Shown here piece after piece: positions 18,452 through 28,307 of a stretch of 64,000 nt of DNA (positions within the stretch are counted from its first letter, which is position 1; each line of letters begins with the position of its first letter). The stretch is taken from the IMG/VR virus record IMGVR_UViG_3300032116_014939, positions 124,001 through 188,000 of that record, one strand, 5' to 3'. The notes below the pieces were generated by a model. It saw nothing but the letters and a program-made list of their open reading frames with translations. It made no database searches and was not told the origin of the DNA. The position numbers and the translations under genes were made by a program.

Positions 18452-21400
18452 TTAAATATTTTCAAACGATGCTCCTGTTGGAGTAATTAAGAACTCAATG
18501 TCTATGAATTCAAGAGCTTTAGTTGGTTTGATATAAATCTTACCTACTAATTGGTTAGCATCTAAGTCTTCAGGTGTGTTTTGAACAGTAACTCTGAAGT
18601 CATATAAACCTCTGTCTCTTCTAATCGAATCTAAGATTGGATTAACTGAATCTAAGAACTGTTGTCTTACTAAGTTGTCGTTTTGTTCAAACAACAATCT
18701 TACCGCTACCGCTGAAATCAACTTACGAGCTTGTAATAACAATCTTCTTACGTTAATTCTGTCAAGAGCTGACTCTCTAATTTGAAGAGTTTTGTTACCC
18801 CAAATTACAGTTCCAACGTCGTTGAAAGTTGCAATTGGGTTAATTCTTCCCTTATAAAGAGTATCTCTATCTTCTTGAGTTAATCTCTTTCTTGCTCTGA
18901 TAGCATTTACAATACCTCTTGTGTAACCCGCAGTTGCGAACCATGGGAACGCTATATTGTCAGTTAACGCTAAGTTTCTTGTAACTTCAGCAGTTGATGG
19001 AATATAGATTTGAGTATTGTTTACCGTGTCACGAGTAAGAACCCATGGATAGTAAGTTGCTGTGTAATTAGAGTCAATTCCTGTATTTTCTAAATTATCA
19101 ACCGCTTCTTGTGGGTAAATTAAATTATCCATTGAAGTTGATGGTTGTAATAAGTTAAAGTCAGGAGTTGTACAGATGTAGATTGAATCCGCTCTGTCGT
19201 TTTCAACAATATCGATTGTTGCAGAAACTAAATCACTATTGTTAACATAGTCAACACCAGGTGTTACAAGAACATTGATGTTTGTTACTTCAGGATTTGC
19301 AAATGATTGTACACCTAACAAGTATGCGTAATAGTCAGTATTTGCGTAATCAACTGTGTTATCACCAACTGTGATTTGTTTAAATGCTCCCCATCCTGTA
19401 GCATCTGTGTACGGTGCACAAGATAGAGCTCCTTGTTTATATCCTGTGTTTCCTAAACGGAATCTGTCAGCGTTTGTTCTATATTCTCTGTATATATCCC
19501 ATCCGTCAAATCCTGCTTGAACAAGGAATGTAAACTTACGAGAATATAAGAAGTAATATGGACTTGTTTGTGACGTAGGTTCTGAACTAAATGAACCAGC
19601 TCCAACTTCAAATGCTGTTTGACCACTGTTTTGGTAAACATTTGCTATAACAATAGAAGTCGCTCCTGAATCCATGTGGAAACCTTTTGTAACATTTGGC
19701 CAAAATACGTGAGAAGGTGGTGTACAAGTTGCCGAATTTGGATTTGGCATCCCTTTGTATTGGAAGAAATCAGGGTCATAACCTGGTGCGTCTGATGAGA
19801 ACGCTACCGCTGAAGAAATACCTAAATAAGTTCTTCTTATGTTATCACCTGAACTAGCAGTAGTGTTAGAACCGTTAGAAGTTGTTCCAAATGGTGGGTT
19901 GTAAATAACTTCACCAGGATAGTCGTATTTTGTTTTGAAGATTTGGAATGGTGATTTTGCACCTGTGTAAGTTCTTGTTACAAAACCTTCAAATCCACAA
20001 GGAAGTGCATCTACAGGTGCCTCTTCATTTACTTCTACAAAAATATATTTCGACTGTACTGCATATTCACCATCAGATGAACCAACTTTTTTAGCCACAT
20101 AACTATTTTCAGCCGGGTCCATACTACAGTTTGTAAACTTCTCTAAAACAACAGGATTCGCATCTGTATCAAAGAAATCACGAACAATAAGGTCAAATGT
20201 ACCATTGTTAAATGATATGTTTGCAACGGACACTTTAATTTCAGTGTTCGCAGCATTACCATCAGCAATTGTATAAACTTTAAACAATCTATAAACTAAA
20301 TTACCACGTAATTCCGAAACAACCCACGGAGATTCAGGTGTTTGGTATTGCTCAAGATAATAAGCGATAGATGATGTATCATTATTTCTCGCTTCAGGTA
20401 AAGAAATTAAACTACAATTCAAACCACGAATATAACCTTTATTATAACCGTAATTTAATAATGTCGGATAACGCTCTTCAACAAACAACGGAACTTCAGT
20501 TCTATCTTTAGCGAAGTTCTCAACACCAAATACTTTAGAAATATAGTTAGCGTTACCCGCATTAAACGAAGTTTCAAATTGGAATGCTGAATTTTCATAA
20601 GTTAAACCTGAAATCAAGAATGTACTAAATGGATTTTTAGTAACTCCCGAATAAGAACCTGTACAAATCATTTGTACGTCTGAAGTACCTGTTACTTGGT
20701 AATCAGGGCCGTTTTGTGTCGATGAATAATTTGTAATACCTCTTGAACGTAAAGTTGCCACAACTAAATCATTATAACCTGAATAAGTTAAACCTGAGAA
20801 GTTATAGATATTACCTGTTATAGAACCACTATAAGAACCTGACGTACCAGTTATTGTACTAATTCTACTAAAGAACGAATAACCATTGTAATTTTCACCT
20901 GTTGTTGGAGGTGTAAATGTAGCATAATACCATACATCATTAACTTCAGAACAATAATCAATACTTGAAGCACTTATTGCATTAACACCAAATACGTTTG
21001 TAGATGCTGAATATCCAGCAGCAATGTTTGCCGTAACTTGAGCTCCCGAAACCGCTCCAAAATAATAGATGGAAGATGCTGAAGTTGAATTAGAACCAAT
21101 TACACCAAAAATTTGACTCTGAAGTTGAGCATAAATAGTTGATGAACCTCCACTATATGTTGTATAAGGAGTTGTTGCATTTGTAATTCCAACAGGTAAA
21201 CCTGTAATTGTTACTGTTGATGTTGAAGCCGTTGTACCAACAAATGTTGCGGTAAATGGTGTTGCAGTACCTGTAAGTGCAACAGTATTACAATCTACAT
21301 TAGCCACAGTTGTAATAGACCAAGATGGCCCTGCGTCATAACCTGATAATCCTAAGATTCTTGTTACAAACAATTGGTTAGATTGTTGAAGATATGACTT

Positions 21401-21643
21401 AGCAATATATGCTGCCTCATATTTTGGGATTTGTGTGTTCACAAATTTTTCAGGAGTAGTACCGCCGAAATAGGTTTCAAACTCTCCATAACTTGTGATG
21501 AAGATTGGTTCAAAAGCTGGGCCTTTTAAGGTTTCTCCAGCTATACCCAACGTGGTAATCCCAACACTTTGTGAAACAAATGATAAGTCTCTTTCTGATG
21601 TATATACACCTGGCGAGACGAAAACTTTGTTTGATGTTGCCAT
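18452..21643 (-). CDS. Tail sheath protein (T4 gp18-like), extended
   Basis: FVSPGVYTSERD start; C-terminal PWFATAGYTRG, LYKGRINPI, WGNKTLQ, LDRINVRRLL, IYIKPTKALEFIDIEF. Confidence 0.95.
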   Translation of the reverse strand: MATSNKVFVSPGVYTSERDLSFVSQSVGITTLGIAGETLKGPAFEPIFITSYGEFETYFGGTTPEKFVNTQIPKYEAAYIAKSYLQQSNQLFVTRILGLSGYDAGPSWSITTVANVDCNTVALTGTATPFTATFVGTTASTSTVTITGLPVGITNATTPYTTYSGGSSTIYAQLQSQIFGVIGSNSTSASSIYYFGAVSGAQVTANIAAGYSASTNVFGVNAISASSIDYCSEVNDVWYYATFTPPTTGENYNGYSFFSRISTITGTSGSYSGSITGNIYNFSGLTYSGYNDLVVATLRSRGITNYSSTQNGPDYQVTGTSDVQMICTGSYSGVTKNPFSTFLISGLTYENSAFQFETSFNAGNANYISKVFGVENFAKDRTEVPLFVEERYPTLLNYGYNKGYIRGLNCSLISLPEARNNDTSSIAYYLEQYQTPESPWVVSELRGNLVYRLFKVYTIADGNAANTEIKVSVANISFNNGTFDLIVRDFFDTDANPVVLEKFTNCSMDPAENSYVAKKVGSSDGEYAVQSKYIFVEVNEEAPVDALPCGFEGFVTRTYTGAKSPFQIFKTKYDYPGEVIYNPPFGTTSNGSNTTASSGDNIRRTYLGISSAVAFSSDAPGYDPDFFQYKGMPNPNSATCTPPSHVFWPNVTKGFHMDSGATSIVIANVYQNSGQTAFEVGAGSFSSEPTSQTSPYYFLYSRKFTFLVQAGFDGWDIYREYRTNADRFRLGNTGYKQGALSCAPYTDATGWGAFKQITVGDNTVDYANTDYYAYLLGVQSFANPEVTNINVLVTPGVDYVNNSDLVSATIDIVENDRADSIYICTTPDFNLLQPSTSMDNLIYPQEAVDNLENTGIDSNYTATYYPWVLTRDTVNNTQIYIPSTAEVTRNLALTDNIAFPWFATAGYTRGIVNAIRARKRLTQEDRDTLYKGRINPIATFNDVGTVIWGNKTLQIRESALDRINVRRLLLQARKLISAVAVRLLFEQNDNLVRQQFLDSVNPILDSIRRDRGLYDFRVTVQNTPEDLDANQLVGKIYIKPTKALEFIDIEFLITPTGASFENI

Positions 21644-21677
21644 TTTTATTTTAAATGTTTTTGAAAATTTATTTATT

Positions 21678-21685
21678 GATAAATA
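21678..21685 (-). promoter_or_regulatory. Putative late promoter TATTTATC for the sheath gene
   Basis: Same motif, 34 nt upstream of ATG. Confidence 0.6.
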
Positions 21686-21721
21686 TTGTCTTTTTATTCA
21701 AAAACTAATACGTTAAGTAAC

Positions 21722-21729
21722 TATTTATA
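21722..21729 (+). promoter_or_regulatory. Putative late promoter TATTTATA, divergent from the sheath promoter
   Basis: Upstream of the small ORF at 21764. Confidence 0.55.
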
Positions 21730-21763
21730 AAACAGTAGGAATAAATTCTACCTTTTTTCTACC

Positions 21764-21913
21764 TTGAAAATTAAGAACATTAAAATATCACCTGAGAGTC
21801 ACGAAATCTTAAAAAACTATTGTAACAAACATGGTTACAAAATTCATAAGTTTTTAGAAAAATTAATTATTGATACGTGTGTTGAAAAAAAAGATATTTA
21901 TGGGGAGAATTAA
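21764..21913 (+). CDS. Small ribbon-helix-helix-like DNA-binding protein (49 aa, not in the ORF track)
   Basis: TTG start; MKIKNIKISPESHEILKNYCNKHGYKIHKFLEKLIIDTCVEKKDIYGEN: alternating beta strand then two helices with a Gly turn; fills an otherwise empty gap. Confidence 0.6.
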   Translation: MKIKNIKISPESHEILKNYCNKHGYKIHKFLEKLIIDTCVEKKDIYGEN

Positions 21914-22962
21914 AGTATTGTGGAAACTAATTTTATAGTACTACTTAAACTTCCATTTGTTTTAACGACAGTAATTGATAATTCATCACTATCATTAATT
22001 TGTATATAACCTGTTAACAACTGTGTTGAACTATCACCGTAATATAAACCATTAATGTATATTGCATAAGAGTTAACATTTTCACTACCCTCAACCTTTA
22101 TGTTTGCAGTATAATTAAAAGTTTGAGTATATGCGGTGGTACCTACAGGATAATTTGCATTAAATTGGTATTGGTCAGGATTTGGGGGTAGTACCTTTTT
22201 TTTAACTTTTTTCTTTCTATTATCTAACTCAACCATAATCAAACTTCTACTAATTGCAGGTTTAACTTGGTATTCTTCTTCATCACTTAAAAACCCTTGT
22301 AAAGTAAAAGCGTAAGATTGGATGTAGTATCTTCTTTTTTCAACATCCATAACAGATTCATCTGAAATTTCATCTAAAGTTATTGGAATATAATGTCCTT
22401 TTATTTTAGTATAAGCCTGACGAGATGAAAATTTTTCAATAACAATTTGATTGAATTTATTCAATTCTCTCATTCTATTACAAATAATTTTAACAGAATA
22501 TTTTATATCTACAGGAACTGGCTGGGGAATTGTGTATATATCCATACCTTTTCTTTGTCCGTCCCAAGTCGGTACCGCAGCGTAATAAAATTGTTTTCTA
22601 TTAGGTATCGTATATTTTAAAGACGGTAATGTACCATATTTTACTTCAGGAGTTCTTACAGTTGTTATAATTGGTGGTTCAACGTTTTTATCTATGTTGT
22701 TAAAATCCCAAGTTTGTGTAAATTGAGCCCAGTTTTGAGTCGTCATTAAAATATCTACAACTTTAACTATTTTACCACTAACAACAGTTTTTAAATCATT
22801 TTTAACAAAATCTAAAAACCCTCTATCTAAATCTTCATGTAAAATAGATTTAGGCAAGTAAGTTCCATCCTTATTGATATCTTCAAGAAGTTCTAATCTT
22901 CGTTCATAACCAATAGGTGGGTATGTAAGGGGTAAAGTTTTTTTAATTTTAGGTAATCCCAT
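21910..22962 (-). CDS. Tail terminator / sheath stabiliser (T4 gp15-like)
   Basis: DLDRGF, PPIIT, PQPVPVDIKYSVKI, QIVIEKF, RRYYIQSYAFTLQG; next to the neck gene. Confidence 0.65.
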   Translation of the reverse strand: MGLPKIKKTLPLTYPPIGYERRLELLEDINKDGTYLPKSILHEDLDRGFLDFVKNDLKTVVSGKIVKVVDILMTTQNWAQFTQTWDFNNIDKNVEPPIITTVRTPEVKYGTLPSLKYTIPNRKQFYYAAVPTWDGQRKGMDIYTIPQPVPVDIKYSVKIICNRMRELNKFNQIVIEKFSSRQAYTKIKGHYIPITLDEISDESVMDVEKRRYYIQSYAFTLQGFLSDEEEYQVKPAISRSLIMVELDNRKKKVKKKVLPPNPDQYQFNANYPVGTTAYTQTFNYTANIKVEGSENVNSYAIYINGLYYGDSSTQLLTGYIQINDSDELSITVVKTNGSLSSTIKLVSTIL

Positions 22963-23477
22963 TATAATCCTCTAAATTCGTTTTCCATTACAGGAGATGC
23001 GTTTATTGTTCTATAAAACGGTTTGTATCCTGCATAAGTATGTTTGTTATCTGAAACAACACGTCCGTCATTATTAACTACATAATATCTAACTCTACTT
23101 TCAGTTTCGTAATAACCAATATAATCACCATATTCTATATCAACTCCTAATTCATCAAGGTGTGATTGATATACTGATATTCTTGCGTTTCCCGGCTCTA
23201 ACTGATTAATCTTACTTGTCCCAAGAAATTTATTTTCAGGGGCAACAATTTGTAAAAAAGCCTTAAACTCAACAGGTGGTAAAAATTTAATTCCGTCAAC
23301 AGACGCTTCACCATATACATCATCTACATTTGTCTTCTGTTTGTCAACACGATATAATACAAGAGTGAAGTTCATATCACCTTCTAACCATTCTCTACCC
23401 ATGTTGATATCCAAATTGTAATCTTCTGCACCGAAAAATTTACCTAATCTTGTTATTGGAACTATTCTATTTGACAT
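22962..23477 (-). CDS. Neck / head-closure protein (T4 gp14-like); start moved to ATG 23477
   Basis: MSNRIVP...LYRVD...DDVYGEA...LDELGVDIEYGDYI; TATTTATC motif at 23481-23488 immediately upstream. Confidence 0.7.
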   Translation of the reverse strand: MSNRIVPITRLGKFFGAEDYNLDINMGREWLEGDMNFTLVLYRVDKQKTNVDDVYGEASVDGIKFLPPVEFKAFLQIVAPENKFLGTSKINQLEPGNARISVYQSHLDELGVDIEYGDYIGYYETESRVRYYVVNNDGRVVSDNKHTYAGYKPFYRTINASPVMENEFRGL

Positions 23478-23534
23478 ATTGATAAATATTTCTTTTTTGA
23501 TTATTATTATAGTTGTATAGTTAATTAAAATATT

Positions 23535-25295
23535 TTGACGACTTCTACGGGACATTTAAGTGTTGAGCAACAAGCAATATCCATTCTTGAAAATTATCAA
23601 GGCTCAAATAACTATATCCTTAAATTAAAGAAACAAATTGAGTCAAATAAAAAGTATGTCCCAACAAGAGCTCAATGTGATTATGTTATTGACTATAATT
23701 CAGTAGTTCCAAAAGTCGCTAAGAAATGGGTTGAGATTGACTCATACTTTTCACAAAAACTTGTTGCCGATAATCCATTCATTAAGGAACCTGATAAAAT
23801 TTACGTTGAAAAGATTTTAATTGAAAAAGATAAATCATATCATATTTGGGGTAAGATTTTTAGTGGTGAAACTATTCATGATTTTTGGATACCAAAAGCG
23901 GCGGTTATCAAACAATACACCGAAAACTTGGTTGACGTTGATTACTCAAAATACGAAAACCGTCCACCACTTACTCACCAAAAAGAAGCAATTGAAAAGT
24001 TATTAAAAAACGACAAGTTTATTTTAGCAGATGACATGGGACTTGGTAAAACAACAAGTACTGTTATTGCTTCGTTAGAAAGTGGAGCTAATAGAGTGTT
24101 AATTATTTGTCCAGCGTCTCTCAAAATAAATTGGGAAAGAGAAATCAAAAACTATACTGACAAATCAGTTTATATCTGTGAGGGTAAGAAGTTTGAACAA
24201 GCGGACTACGTTATTGTTAACTACGACATTCTTAAAAACTTCCATGACCCAAAAGATAAGTTAAACTCAATAATTCTTAATTCAAAGTTTGATTTAGTTG
24301 TTATAGATGAAGCACATTATGTTTCAAACGCTCAAGCTCAAAGAACAAAGATTATAATGGATGTAACCAAGAATATTAAAAAATTATGGTTACTAACGGG
24401 AACACCAATGACTTCTCGTCCAATGAATTATTACAATATCTTAAAACTTATTGATAGTCCTGTAAGTCAAAACTGGCAAGCATACGCAATTAGATATTGT
24501 GGTGGATATCAGTTTAGAGTTGGTGGTAAAAAGATTTGGAATGTTACAGGAGCGTCAAACTTGGAAGAGTTGAGAGAAAGGACTTCTCGTCAAATTTTAA
24601 GAAGATTAAAAACTGATGTTTTAGATTTACCTGAAAAAATTATGACTCCTGTTTACCTTCGTTTGAAATCAAGGTTATATGAAGGATTGATGGGTGAGTA
24701 TTATGATTGGTATAACAACAGACAAGACGAATCAAAGTCATTATCTGTTCAGTTTACAAAACTGATGAAAGTAAGACAAGTAATTGCCGAAGAAAAAATA
24801 CCAATTACAATTGAACTTGCTGAGAACATTATCGAACAAGGTAAAAAAGTTATTATCTTTAGTAACTTTACCGAACCACTTAAAAAGATACACGAACATT
24901 TTGGTAAAAAATCTGTTTATTTAGATGGGTCAACATCAAAACCTGCAAGACAAGATGCGGTTGACAAGTTCCAAGAGAGTGATAAAATACAAGTTTTTTG
25001 TGGTAATATGAAAGCCGCAGGTGTTGGATTAACACTTACTGCGGGTGAAGCTGTTATTATGAATGACCTATCATTTGTACCGGCAGAACATTCCCAAGCT
25101 GAAGACCGAGCATACAGATACGGACAAAAAAATTCAGTTTCAGTATATTACCCACTATTTGAAAATACAATTGAGGGTGTTATCTACGACATTCTGATAA
25201 AGAAGAAACAGATTATTGGTACGGTTATGGGTGATGTTGATGAAAATTCTGTAGATATTGTTGAACAAATACTTAACGAAATCAATAGTAAGTAA
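23535..25295 (+). CDS. SNF2-family (HARP/SMARCAL1-like) helicase
   Basis: LADDMGLGKT, IDEAH, LTGTP, KVIIFS, AAGVGLTLT, QAEDRAYRYGQ. Confidence 0.92.
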   Translation: MTTSTGHLSVEQQAISILENYQGSNNYILKLKKQIESNKKYVPTRAQCDYVIDYNSVVPKVAKKWVEIDSYFSQKLVADNPFIKEPDKIYVEKILIEKDKSYHIWGKIFSGETIHDFWIPKAAVIKQYTENLVDVDYSKYENRPPLTHQKEAIEKLLKNDKFILADDMGLGKTTSTVIASLESGANRVLIICPASLKINWEREIKNYTDKSVYICEGKKFEQADYVIVNYDILKNFHDPKDKLNSIILNSKFDLVVIDEAHYVSNAQAQRTKIIMDVTKNIKKLWLLTGTPMTSRPMNYYNILKLIDSPVSQNWQAYAIRYCGGYQFRVGGKKIWNVTGASNLEELRERTSRQILRRLKTDVLDLPEKIMTPVYLRLKSRLYEGLMGEYYDWYNNRQDESKSLSVQFTKLMKVRQVIAEEKIPITIELAENIIEQGKKVIIFSNFTEPLKKIHEHFGKKSVYLDGSTSKPARQDAVDKFQESDKIQVFCGNMKAAGVGLTLTAGEAVIMNDLSFVPAEHSQAEDRAYRYGQKNSVSVYYPLFENTIEGVIYDILIKKKQIIGTVMGDVDENSVDIVEQILNEINSK

Positions 25296-25296
25296 G

Positions 25297-25304
25297 TATT
25301 TATA
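25297..25304 (+). promoter_or_regulatory. Putative late promoter TATTTATA
   Basis: 4 nt upstream of SOD ATG. Confidence 0.65.
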
Positions 25305-25308
25305 ATTA

Positions 25309-26814
25309 ATGAAATCGTTAAATTTAGTATCAGAGTCATTAGTTAGTCGTATATTAGGTGAGGAAACTCAACCTGAAACCAAATTCTTTATTAACGAAAT
25401 GAAAACCATAGGTATTGATAAATTACCTTACGGTTACGCATCATTAAGAAGATTTATTGACCCTGAAACAATGAAGTTTCATTATCAGAAACATTACAAA
25501 GGGTATGTTAAAAAATTAAATTCAGCTCTTCGTAAAAAAGATTATGGGGATGTTGAATTAGAAAACATTGTTAAACAAATTTCAAAGTATAATACAACAA
25601 TAAGAAACAACGCAGGTGGAGCATTTAATCACGCATTGTTTTGGAAGATGTTATCACCAACCCCACAAAAACCAAGTGGTGAAGTGTTTGAAAAGATTGT
25701 TAAACAATTTGGAACATATCGTAACTTCAAAACTAAATTTGAAGAAATCTCAAGAAAAAGATTTGGTTCAGGATGGTGTTGGTTAGTATTAACCGATACT
25801 GGTAGATTAAAAGTTATGTCGACTTCAAATCAGGATAATCCACTTATGAACATAATAAACAAGGGTGGTTTTCCGTTGTTAGGTTTAGATTTGTGGGAAC
25901 ACGCTTATTATTTAAAATACCAAAACAAAAGAGACGAATATATTGAAAATTTTTGGGACGTAATTAATTGGGAATTTGTTAACGAGTTATACAAATCAAA
26001 AACTGAAAAAAAATTGAACGAATCAATTTCACCAAAAAAACTTTTATACGAAAACGTATCTGATTATTCAGATATTTTTAGTAACAACAAAAATGTTCTT
26101 TGGACTTATAGAAGATGTATTGACAATACACTGAAAAGAGTTTTATCTGATAAATGGTATGAAAACAATCAACACTCTGAAGGTTCATCTTCAGGTATTT
26201 ACGATTTAGAAGCTCCTGGTCGTTCAGTAATTAATAAATTAAATACAAACTATATTGGGTTTAAAATTTTAGTTGATGATTTAAATGTGGTACTTACAAA
26301 ATTAAATAAACCCACATTAAATTTTATTGGGGTAACACCTTCACAACAAGTAGAAGAAATAAACAAATTTTGTGAGTATTTGGGTTTTTTTGGTGAAAGA
26401 ATTTTTAAAGGGTCTAAAACTCTTGATAAAATTATGAAACTTTTAAAAAGAACACATGACAAAGGTGGTCAACTTGAAGAGTATGTTGCAAAAAAAATCA
26501 ATCAAGAATTTGGTGAAGGAACTGCTACTGTAGTAGGTAGTTTAGGTTCAAAAGAAGATTTTGCAGGAACTGATTTAACAGTAAATTTTGATAACAAAAT
26601 ACAAAACGCTCAAGTAAAACCAATTTTAAGTATGGAAGTAATTGAAGGTTTCTATCATATCAAAATCAAAGGGTTTGTTAAAAAATTCAATACCGACTTG
26701 TTAATTTTCTCAAATCTTAATAAAGAAGTTTACATTTTTAAAAACAAAACTGTTGCTTTTAGTTCAAGTATGTTTAAAATTCCAACACAAGATTTAATTT
26801 ATACTCTGAATTGA
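25309..26814 (+). CDS. sod: Fe/Mn superoxide dismutase fused to a C-terminal PD-(D/E)XK-like domain
   Basis: FHYQKHYKGYV, NNAGGAFNHALFW, FGSGWCWL, NQDNP, DLWEHAYY; C-terminal EDFAGTDL...AQVK. Confidence 0.85.
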   Translation: MKSLNLVSESLVSRILGEETQPETKFFINEMKTIGIDKLPYGYASLRRFIDPETMKFHYQKHYKGYVKKLNSALRKKDYGDVELENIVKQISKYNTTIRNNAGGAFNHALFWKMLSPTPQKPSGEVFEKIVKQFGTYRNFKTKFEEISRKRFGSGWCWLVLTDTGRLKVMSTSNQDNPLMNIINKGGFPLLGLDLWEHAYYLKYQNKRDEYIENFWDVINWEFVNELYKSKTEKKLNESISPKKLLYENVSDYSDIFSNNKNVLWTYRRCIDNTLKRVLSDKWYENNQHSEGSSSGIYDLEAPGRSVINKLNTNYIGFKILVDDLNVVLTKLNKPTLNFIGVTPSQQVEEINKFCEYLGFFGERIFKGSKTLDKIMKLLKRTHDKGGQLEEYVAKKINQEFGEGTATVVGSLGSKEDFAGTDLTVNFDNKIQNAQVKPILSMEVIEGFYHIKIKGFVKKFNTDLLIFSNLNKEVYIFKNKTVAFSSSMFKIPTQDLIYTLN

Positions 26815-26822
26815 TATTTATA
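26815..26822 (+). promoter_or_regulatory. Putative late promoter TATTTATA
   Basis: 15 nt upstream of the neck gene ATG. Confidence 0.65.
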
Positions 26823-26837
26823 TAAAAATATCATTTC

Positions 26838-27968
26838 ATGAATACAATAATCGCAGAACCTTACAGAAGTCAACTATACACAAAAGTTAGACACGTATTA
26901 GGTGCACCAATTCGTTCAATTGAATTAGAAGATGAACAAATGGACTCAATCTTAGAATTTTCTATCGGAGATTATGCTCAGTATGTACAAGATTGGTTAA
27001 TTGAATCACAATGGACATCATTAAATAATCTAAATTTAGACACACAATCTTTATCAAGAGCTTTTGTAACAAAAAGTTTGGATTTTGAAAATAGATATGC
27101 TCAGGCTTATTCCAAAATAGTTGGGTTACAATCATCACCTCTTGGGGATTGGGTTCTTAAAAAAGATTATATCACATTAGTTCCAAATCAACAAATTTAT
27201 GAAATTCCAGCAGGTCGTGAAATTAATGAATTATTATGGTTTACACCAACCGCTCTTAATAATGTATTATTTGACCCATGGAGTTTTGGTGCGTTAGGTG
27301 GATATGGTATGGCAGGGCCAGCAGGTTATTCTCAAATGGGTTATACTGGTTCATACTTTATGATGCCAGCGTTTGATATGTTGTTAAGATTACAAGAAAT
27401 TAATATTCAAAGAAGAATTATTGCAGGTGATTTAACTTATAGAATAACAGGTTTACCTAATGGTAAAAAGGCAATTCATTTGATGCAAACACCTGGTGGT
27501 AAATTTGACTTCGGTAACTCATCATTAAGAAATTCACAAGTTTGGTATTGGTATTATGATGTTGGCCCTGAGGATAGAGACGCTTGTTTGGCCGCAAATC
27601 CTGATATTATTAAACTACCTTCAGATGTACCTATGAACTCAATTGCATGGGCGGATTTAAATGAACCGGCACAACAATGGGTTAGAAGATATTTTGTAGC
27701 AGGATGTAAAGAAACATTAGCCAAAGTAAGAGGAAAATACTCAGGAAACTTAAAAACACCTGATTCTGAATTAACAATGGATTACGCTTCATTGGCAACT
27801 GAGGGTAAAGATGAAAAAACAAAACTTATTGAAGAATTAATTGGTGCCGACGGTAGATTGACAAGATTACGTCCTGAAAAAATAATGGAACGAGAAGCAT
27901 TAATTGCTGAAAATCTAAACAAACAAATGAAGTTTAGAGCGTTCCCAAGAAATATGTATGTTATTTAA
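26838..27968 (+). CDS. Neck / head-tail adaptor protein (T4 gp13-like)
   Basis: VRHVLGAPIRSIELEDEQM; WVRRYFVAGCKETLAKVRGKYSG...EGKDEK. Confidence 0.75.
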   Translation: MNTIIAEPYRSQLYTKVRHVLGAPIRSIELEDEQMDSILEFSIGDYAQYVQDWLIESQWTSLNNLNLDTQSLSRAFVTKSLDFENRYAQAYSKIVGLQSSPLGDWVLKKDYITLVPNQQIYEIPAGREINELLWFTPTALNNVLFDPWSFGALGGYGMAGPAGYSQMGYTGSYFMMPAFDMLLRLQEINIQRRIIAGDLTYRITGLPNGKKAIHLMQTPGGKFDFGNSSLRNSQVWYWYYDVGPEDRDACLAANPDIIKLPSDVPMNSIAWADLNEPAQQWVRRYFVAGCKETLAKVRGKYSGNLKTPDSELTMDYASLATEGKDEKTKLIEELIGADGRLTRLRPEKIMEREALIAENLNKQMKFRAFPRNMYVI

Positions 27969-27971
27969 TTT

Positions 27972-28307
27972 ATGAGTGTTCAAAAATCAATTCCGATGAG
28001 AAGAGTCATCGGAAACCAAGTATTAACAACTTCTGAAGTATGTATGATTTCGGATGAAAAATATACAACTGAAGGTGAAAGTGTTGTAATTACAAAAGAA
28101 TTAGATGAAATTGAAATTGTTTTAAATCATAACAATACTGACCATGTAATAGTAAAAGCACTTACTAATACAAAAATCAAACCCATTGAGGGTTTGATTG
28201 ATGAAGAGTTTAATGAAATTAATATTGAAAAGGGAGCTTGTGTTGAACTATACTACGCATTTGGTTCTTGGTTTATAGTTTCATCAGACGGGTTGAAACA
28301 GTATTAA
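27972..28307 (+). CDS. Hypothetical beta-rich late protein
   Basis: Co-directional ORF 3 nt after the neck gene. Confidence 0.7.
   Translation: MSVQKSIPMRRVIGNQVLTTSEVCMISDEKYTTEGESVVITKELDEIEIVLNHNNTDHVIVKALTNTKIKPIEGLIDEEFNEINIEKGACVELYYAFGSWFIVSSDGLKQY

Noticed and set aside
2722-23477. Bacterial eCIS/T6SS or tailocin cluster
   Set aside because: Neck proteins, PolB, SSB, UvsX and a sigma factor are in the same contig, indicating a complete myophage.
23478-23555. Extended N-terminus (MSRRSRQ...) of the neck gene in the ORF track
   Set aside because: Runs across the late promoter motif and overlaps the SNF2 start; ATG 23477 is the better start.
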